This document shows, piece by piece, positions 55,991 to 60,884 of a stretch of DNA of 60,884 bases. Positions within the stretch are counted from its first letter, which is position 1; the number at the start of each line of letters is the position of its first letter. The translations under genes were made by a program, and so were the position numbers. The stretch lies in assembly GCA_040752695.1 (NCBI GenBank), contig JBFMGO010000025.1:1-60884 (forward strand). The letters run 5' to 3'. The stretch is from a bacterium. Lineage in GTDB: Bacteria; SZUA-182; DTGQ01. Below the pieces are notes generated by a model that saw nothing but the letters and a program-made list of their open reading frames with translations, searched no databases and was not told the origin of the DNA.

Positions 55991-58279
55991 CTATGGGTTG
56001 ATTTTTCCTCCCAGGTACTTGCTGAAGAGCGTTTCGACATCGGCAGAGGTGCATTCTCCATCCATGTTCACATCACAGCATATCTCGGAGCAGGTGCCGC
56101 AGAAAGTCGTAGGACAGATGTTGAGCGATTTTTCATAGAGGCAGAGTGCATCCTTTGGAGTCACCTGGCCATCGCCGTTCATGTCCTCCGCACAGGGCGG
56201 CGGGGAGAGGATGCATCCATTGGTTGTTTTCCATCCCTCCATATCATCGGACAGATTCTCAAGACACAGGCTGCACTTTCCTGCCCGTGGGGTAACGGGA
56301 GAAAACTGAAGCGTAACGAGCGTACCGCTATAGCCGGCTGGAACGATTTTTTCTCCACGGTCAGAGCCGTAATTGCTTCCGGTACAGTGGATTTGCCCTG
56401 GCCTGATCTGCTGGCAGTTGCAGAGGTTAAATCCTTTGAAAAACTGGCCCGGCTCAAATCCAAGATAAGTGGTCATGCCGGGATCGTAGGTAATATCGTA
56501 TCCAAAAGAGAGTACCTCGTGGGGGGCGTTTTGAATTCGGATCGGGATCAAGCCGATCCCCTGGCTGATATCGAGCACTCCTGAGTCATCGGTGGTACAG
56601 GCACAGCCCATTGTGGTCTCCTGTATCCCCTGGATGCAGACCTTATCCAGGCAAAACTGGGCTCCGTCTATCCCCTGGTAGTGAAAAGCCAGGCGAAAGG
56701 GAGTATTATTGATTTCCGGCGGCAGACGGTAGCTCACCGGTATCCATGTCCAGCTTTCGTCATCGTAATCCAGATGATCTTCGATGATGTTTTCGGTAAT
56801 TAAAATATCATCGCCCGTCCCTCCGTCCCAATCTCCACGCACTGCCCATAAACTGACCTGATAGTGACTCTGGCTTACTCCCCAGTAGTAGGAGCCCATA
56901 AAGGCGAAGGCCACGGACAGGTCATGTCCTTTAACCTTCCAGCTCAGCAGGACTTCATTCTGAGGTTGCAGATCAGGATCGTATTCAACCACGATGGACT
57001 GCAAGCCTTCGTACACAGGAGATGTGGAGGTTTTCCAGGTGTAACCGGTGTTTTGAGTCTTTTTTTCCCATTGTGACGGAAGCCCTCCGCTCTTGTTTTC
57101 AAAGCCTTCTTCGAGGTCGCAATCCCAGGATATCGGTGCAGAATAGTAGATTAAGCTTTCCTCAATTCCACATTCGTTTTTCCCCATCTTAATCCGAAAC
57201 CATCCTGAATCTCCCCAGTACGGACCCCAACTATTTTTACAGATCCAGGTATGATCGCTATCGTCCCAGCCTATTATCACTATGGCATGATCTCCAATAA
57301 TGGACCCCTGCACATGCTCATAGGCTCCACGGGAATAATACATAAAATCGTCGTATACGGTCATGGCTACTAACAGAGGCCCTTTCAGCAGCTTCTGCTT
57401 GATCAGTGTCGGATTGACCGCTTGCGGAAATCCGCTGACCCAGTTCCAGTCCGGAATTTTCTCCAACTGGCTTTCCCAGGCAGGACACCGGCCCTCACAA
57501 GCCACATCCTGGGCTTTATAGGGAAAGCAGTCCTCTTTCGGCGCTCCTATGTTTTTTAAAAATGCTGCACTGCTATCCATAAACCATCCACCGCAGCCTC
57601 CCTCACTGCACGAGAGCATGAACTGCTCCGAGTAATCGAGATTCAAAGTCGGGTCTCCCAAACCGATTTTTTTCATCGACTCCATCACGGCAATGGATGC
57701 ATGCGCCCAGCATGAGCCGCACGATCCCTGATTTCGAATCGGCGTAGTCCAGTTGCGTTTATCTTTGCTGCGCCAATCGAACTGAGAAGGCAAGGTTACG
57801 CTGCCTGCACCGGCGGGGCTTGCAGTCAAAGAACCGCTCCCTTCCGGGAAGGCCGATTGATCCTCTCCCCGCTGGGAGGATGCGTTCCCCACCAGGAAGT
57901 AAGATTCAGCTTGAGAAAAGCTCCTGGCCCTCAGGTACCCTGCACCTCGTATGGCTGTGCCCCGTGAATAATCGCTCTGCATACCCTGCACGCCCTCCGC
58001 ACTCTGTACGCCCTCCGCACCCTCTGCACCCTCCACGCCCTGCATGTCTGCGAAGGGTCTTCTCTTCCCTAAAAGACCGCACAGTGCCTGTTTCTGCGCC
58101 ATAGAGAGGTTCGATGTCGAAGTCTCTCTGGCTACCCAATGTTTTTTCCTGCCTTTAATGAGCTCGTTCAGGGTTTGAACATTCAGCTTCTCCCCCCTGG
58201 CTATGCTGCCCACTCCATTACCTACGGTTAAGATGATGAGAATTAACACCACGAGAGGTTTGAAAAAATAGCTTTTCAT
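55991..58279 (-). CDS. secreted papain-family (C1A) cysteine protease with adhesin-like, cohesin and dockerin modules
   Basis: Signal peptide; LPSQFDWR, NQGSCGSCWA (Cys), DHAIVIIGW (His), CKNSWG (Asn). Cohesin IPIRIQNAPHEVLSFGYDITYDP...GYSGTLVTLQF. Dockerin DMNGDGQVTPKDAL...DVNMDGECTSADV. Confidence 0.88.
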   Translation of the reverse strand: MKSYFFKPLVVLILIILTVGNGVGSIARGEKLNVQTLNELIKGRKKHWVARETSTSNLSMAQKQALCGLLGKRRPFADMQGVEGAEGAEGVQSAEGVQGMQSDYSRGTAIRGAGYLRARSFSQAESYFLVGNASSQRGEDQSAFPEGSGSLTASPAGAGSVTLPSQFDWRSKDKRNWTTPIRNQGSCGSCWAHASIAVMESMKKIGLGDPTLNLDYSEQFMLSCSEGGCGGWFMDSSAAFLKNIGAPKEDCFPYKAQDVACEGRCPAWESQLEKIPDWNWVSGFPQAVNPTLIKQKLLKGPLLVAMTVYDDFMYYSRGAYEHVQGSIIGDHAIVIIGWDDSDHTWICKNSWGPYWGDSGWFRIKMGKNECGIEESLIYYSAPISWDCDLEEGFENKSGGLPSQWEKKTQNTGYTWKTSTSPVYEGLQSIVVEYDPDLQPQNEVLLSWKVKGHDLSVAFAFMGSYYWGVSQSHYQVSLWAVRGDWDGGTGDDILITENIIEDHLDYDDESWTWIPVSYRLPPEINNTPFRLAFHYQGIDGAQFCLDKVCIQGIQETTMGCACTTDDSGVLDISQGIGLIPIRIQNAPHEVLSFGYDITYDPGMTTYLGFEPGQFFKGFNLCNCQQIRPGQIHCTGSNYGSDRGEKIVPAGYSGTLVTLQFSPVTPRAGKCSLCLENLSDDMEGWKTTNGCILSPPPCAEDMNGDGQVTPKDALCLYEKSLNICPTTFCGTCSEICCDVNMDGECTSADVETLFSKYLGGKINP

Positions 58280-58357
58280 AGCGATTCACCCGATTGTCTA
58301 TAATTTTAATGGAATATAAAAATCGTTTATTATTAAAAATCGCATCATTTCACAATC

Positions 58358-58573
58358 TATGGTTCAGTTACGGTCATAGTTCGATTTCAGTTATAATTTA
58401 TCTAATTGCAGTTATGGTTCAGTTACGATTTAGTTCCGGCTATGGTTCAGTTACGATTTAATTTCGGTTATCATTTAATTTCGGTTATGGCTCAACTTTC
58501 GTCAAGGTTTTGTTAAGATTAAGGTTTCGTTAAGATTAAGGTTTCGTTAAGATTATGGTTTCGTTGTGATAAT
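58358..58573. repeat. two repeat tracts upstream of the protease
   Basis: tatggttcagttacg at 58358, 58413 and 58441; 4 x 17 nt ggtttcgttaagattaa at 58506-58573. Confidence 0.8.
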
Positions 58574-58649
58574 GCTTCATTTCTGACAATCCTTCGCCTT
58601 CGATTATGCTCCGCTTTTGGCTATGCTCAGCTTTCGATACAGAGATATA

Positions 58650-59168
58650 TCAATTTCTCCAGCAGGTAAATCGTCCGCTCCCCGTTTCCCAATCCTTCAA
58701 ATCATCTACTTCACCGTCTATACTCAGGGTACTGTTTTGGCATTTGACCTTTTTGAAATATAAAAACAGTACATTTCCACTCTGCCCGGAGGGGATTGTA
58801 TTCTTAGCTGTGTTGAAGCCACCGCATCGCAAAACTCCGGGCTCTACCTGGACGCAGCTAAAATATTTGCATTTTTCTACCATTTCCCCCCGCTCATATT
58901 GACTGTATGCAAGAACCTGCGGGTTGAAATGCACCTCAAAGCCAAAGCATTGCACAGAATTGGGAGCATTTTTGACAGAAACAGTGAACATAACTGACTC
59001 CTTCATGTTTCCTTTCTGGCTATCGATAGTCAGGTTTTGGCAATTCCCAATCCTGCCAGCAGCCCCCAGCCAGACAACCCAAAAAACAAGAAAAATCATC
59101 GCCCGCTTTGGTGAAACTTTTTTAGTGCATGTCATAGTGTGTGGCCCCCTGGTAGATGAAGAATTCAC
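58650..59168 (-). CDS. secreted stand-alone cohesin-domain protein
   Basis: Signal/TM then LTIDSQKG..ESVMFTVSVKNAPNSVQCFGFEVHFNPQVLAY...IPSGQSGNVLFLYF. Clearly homologous to the protease's cohesin-like module. Confidence 0.75.
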   Translation of the reverse strand: MNSSSTRGPHTMTCTKKVSPKRAMIFLVFWVVWLGAAGRIGNCQNLTIDSQKGNMKESVMFTVSVKNAPNSVQCFGFEVHFNPQVLAYSQYERGEMVEKCKYFSCVQVEPGVLRCGGFNTAKNTIPSGQSGNVLFLYFKKVKCQNSTLSIDGEVDDLKDWETGSGRFTCWRN

Positions 59169-59342
59169 TTCTTAGCTAATTTTCAATTCTAAATAACTTG
59201 AATTTTTATCGGAAGTTTCTGGGAATCAAGATTACTAATCGCTAAATTTAGGTGTAGTTTTTAATCAAAAACGGAGGAAATAATCAGGATATTGCTTGAA
59301 TTAAACAACCTGCACAGCCATACAGGATGGGACTTTACTAAG

Positions 59343-59611
59343 GAATGGCACTTATAGAACAAATCTATCAGCTAACCATAAATCCAATAATTTTCAGGAC
59401 AAGGACACGAAGAGCACGCAGGAGCACGAAGACCACGAAGAGGTTTTAAAACCAGGAGCTCATTTCCTCTGAATTTCAGCAGCCAGGCCGATTACTTTCC
59501 TTAAAGCAACCCGTCAAAACCTCTATTCTTTCTTATCTTTTTACCTTCGTGTTCTTCGTGTCCTCACTTGCACCTTAAAAACTACCTTCTTGGCTTATGT
59601 AAGTGCCATTC
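59343..59611. mobile_element. putative 269-bp MITE-like / nested palindromic element
   Basis: 12-bp terminal inverted repeats GAATGGCACTTA / TAAGTGCCATTC. Internal 21-bp inverted arms at 59402-59422 and 59544-59564. No ORF. Confidence 0.5.
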
Positions 59612-59702
59612 GACTTATAAGGGAAGGTTCCCCCTCTTTTCTTCAATAAGATAATACTGGTAAGGTAATACTAGGTAAGGTATTGAGCGTTTGTATAATT
59701 CC

Positions 59703-60194
59703 TCAACTACATTTCCTGCAATAAATAACCTTGTCATCTCCGGGAGCATAGAAATCTTTCAGAGTTGCCTCTTCCTGATATCCGCAATGCAGGTAGAAGA
59801 GCCGTGTAGGTTCGTATTGTTTTTTGGAGGATGTTTCAATATAGATACGTTGTCCTCCCATAGTGGCTATCGTCTGCTCGCTTTTGGACAGGAGTTTTTT
59901 CCCGAGCCCCAATCCGCGGAAATCATTGTGGACGGCAATCCAGTAAAGATCATAACTGGCTTTCGTGCAGGCGATAGGGCCGAAGCATGTGTAGCCGATC
60001 ACTCTTTTTGCCTGCTCTGCAAAGAGGAAATAGTAGCCGCTTCGAATATCTTTTATCAGCCGCTCTTCCACCAGTTCAACAGCAGTTTCAACCTCTTCAG
60101 GAAAAAAGAATCCGGATGACTCGATTATCTCGCGGACACTCTCCCTATCGGATTGCGTTACGGTATTACGGTAAGTGATAATGTCTAGATTCAC
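59703..60194 (-). CDS. GNAT family N-acetyltransferase
   Basis: YDLYWIAVHNDFRGLGLGKKLL, IYIETSS..YEPTRLFY..CGY. Confidence 0.9.
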   Translation of the reverse strand: MNLDIITYRNTVTQSDRESVREIIESSGFFFPEEVETAVELVEERLIKDIRSGYYFLFAEQAKRVIGYTCFGPIACTKASYDLYWIAVHNDFRGLGLGKKLLSKSEQTIATMGGQRIYIETSSKKQYEPTRLFYLHCGYQEEATLKDFYAPGDDKVIYCRKCS

Positions 60195-60230
60195 TGATTC
60201 TTATTCTCCCTTCAGGCTATTGTGTGGGAA

Positions 60231-60322
60231 CAGGTTTCAGTTTCATTTTGGGATAGACTCTTGGATTCAGCTTCATTGGATTCAGTTTCGTTGGTTTCAG
60301 TTTTATTGATTCAGTTTACTGG
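60231..60322. repeat. 15-nt degenerate tandem repeat upstream of the GNAT
   Basis: ttggattcagcttca ttggattcagtttcg ttggtttcagtttta ttgattcagtttact. Confidence 0.75.
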
Positions 60323-60884
60323 AAAAATACATCTAAGAGACAGCATCAACCCGTATTCCTTCAAAGACCGGATTTAAAGCTTTCTCTGGACCGCCGTGCA
60401 ATATTGAAATCATGGCGTATGTATGCGTTCATTTATAGGCGCATGTGTCGTATTATTATACCAAAAATGTCCATCCAAATCCGCTTAATACGTCTTGGAC
60501 ACTAACTTTTTGTGCTTTAACGAGTTTCGGTAACAGAGGGATATTCGGTTGAACCCCTCATGCCATTGTAAAAATCCAATTATGACTCAACGGTATGCTC
60601 GCCTCAAAAATAAAACACTATAAGGTCTACTAACAGAAAGTCTACCAGATAAAGTTTACCAGGGGGTAGACTGAGATAATTTTATCGATTGACCTGTAAA
60701 TATCTTATAGTGTACTCTTAAACCATGGAAGATATAATTTCACCGACAATTAAGAGGACTCGACAGTTAAAAGTTTTATCTCAAGCAGCCCGTTTAAGTT
60801 GCTGAAAGTCGCAAGGCTGAGATTGTCTGGAACGAATTAAACCATAAATCGCATGAGCATTGACTTTGTGTAAATTCCCCAGGA

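Noticed and set aside
59290..59345. c-di-GMP-I riboswitch upstream of the cohesin gene
   Set aside because: Only a vague 3' resemblance; the GGCAAAC...GAAA...GACGCAAA core is absent.

Overview
Chromosomal window from an anaerobic, probably diderm bacterium. The gene content is Desulfobacterota-like, but taxonomy cannot be fixed from the sequence alone. In order it carries: partial prkA/yeaG, AsmA-family protein, TPR-like protein, yjgA/darP, NYN-LOTUS protein, a lipoprotein, a large secreted beta-helix protein, DUF302, two giant hybrid kinases, hdrA::mvhD-hdrC-hdrB converging on a cytochrome b plus nonaheme cytochrome c pair, anaerobic sulfatase maturase plus arylsulfatase, an orphan ATP-synthase b-like gene, glnS, an alpha/beta hydrolase, a ferredoxin-hcp/hcpR nitrosative-stress locus, an Rpn nuclease with an internal antitoxin start, recB-recD without recC, a TIGR01212 radical SAM, a secreted papain-family protease with cohesin and dockerin modules beside a stand-alone cohesin, and a GNAT. 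No rRNA, tRNA, CRISPR array or intact transposase was seen. Two things stand out. (1) A candidate cellulosome-like cohesin/dockerin proteolytic complex. (2) Pervasive short, degenerate tandem-repeat expansions: codon-multiple units inside conserved enzymes (RecB, RecD, Hcp, HdrA-MvhD, GlnS, AsmA), and units of any length (7, 11, 12, 15, 17, 28 nt) between genes, often starting at stop codons. All protein calls come from motif recognition by eye, not from database searches.
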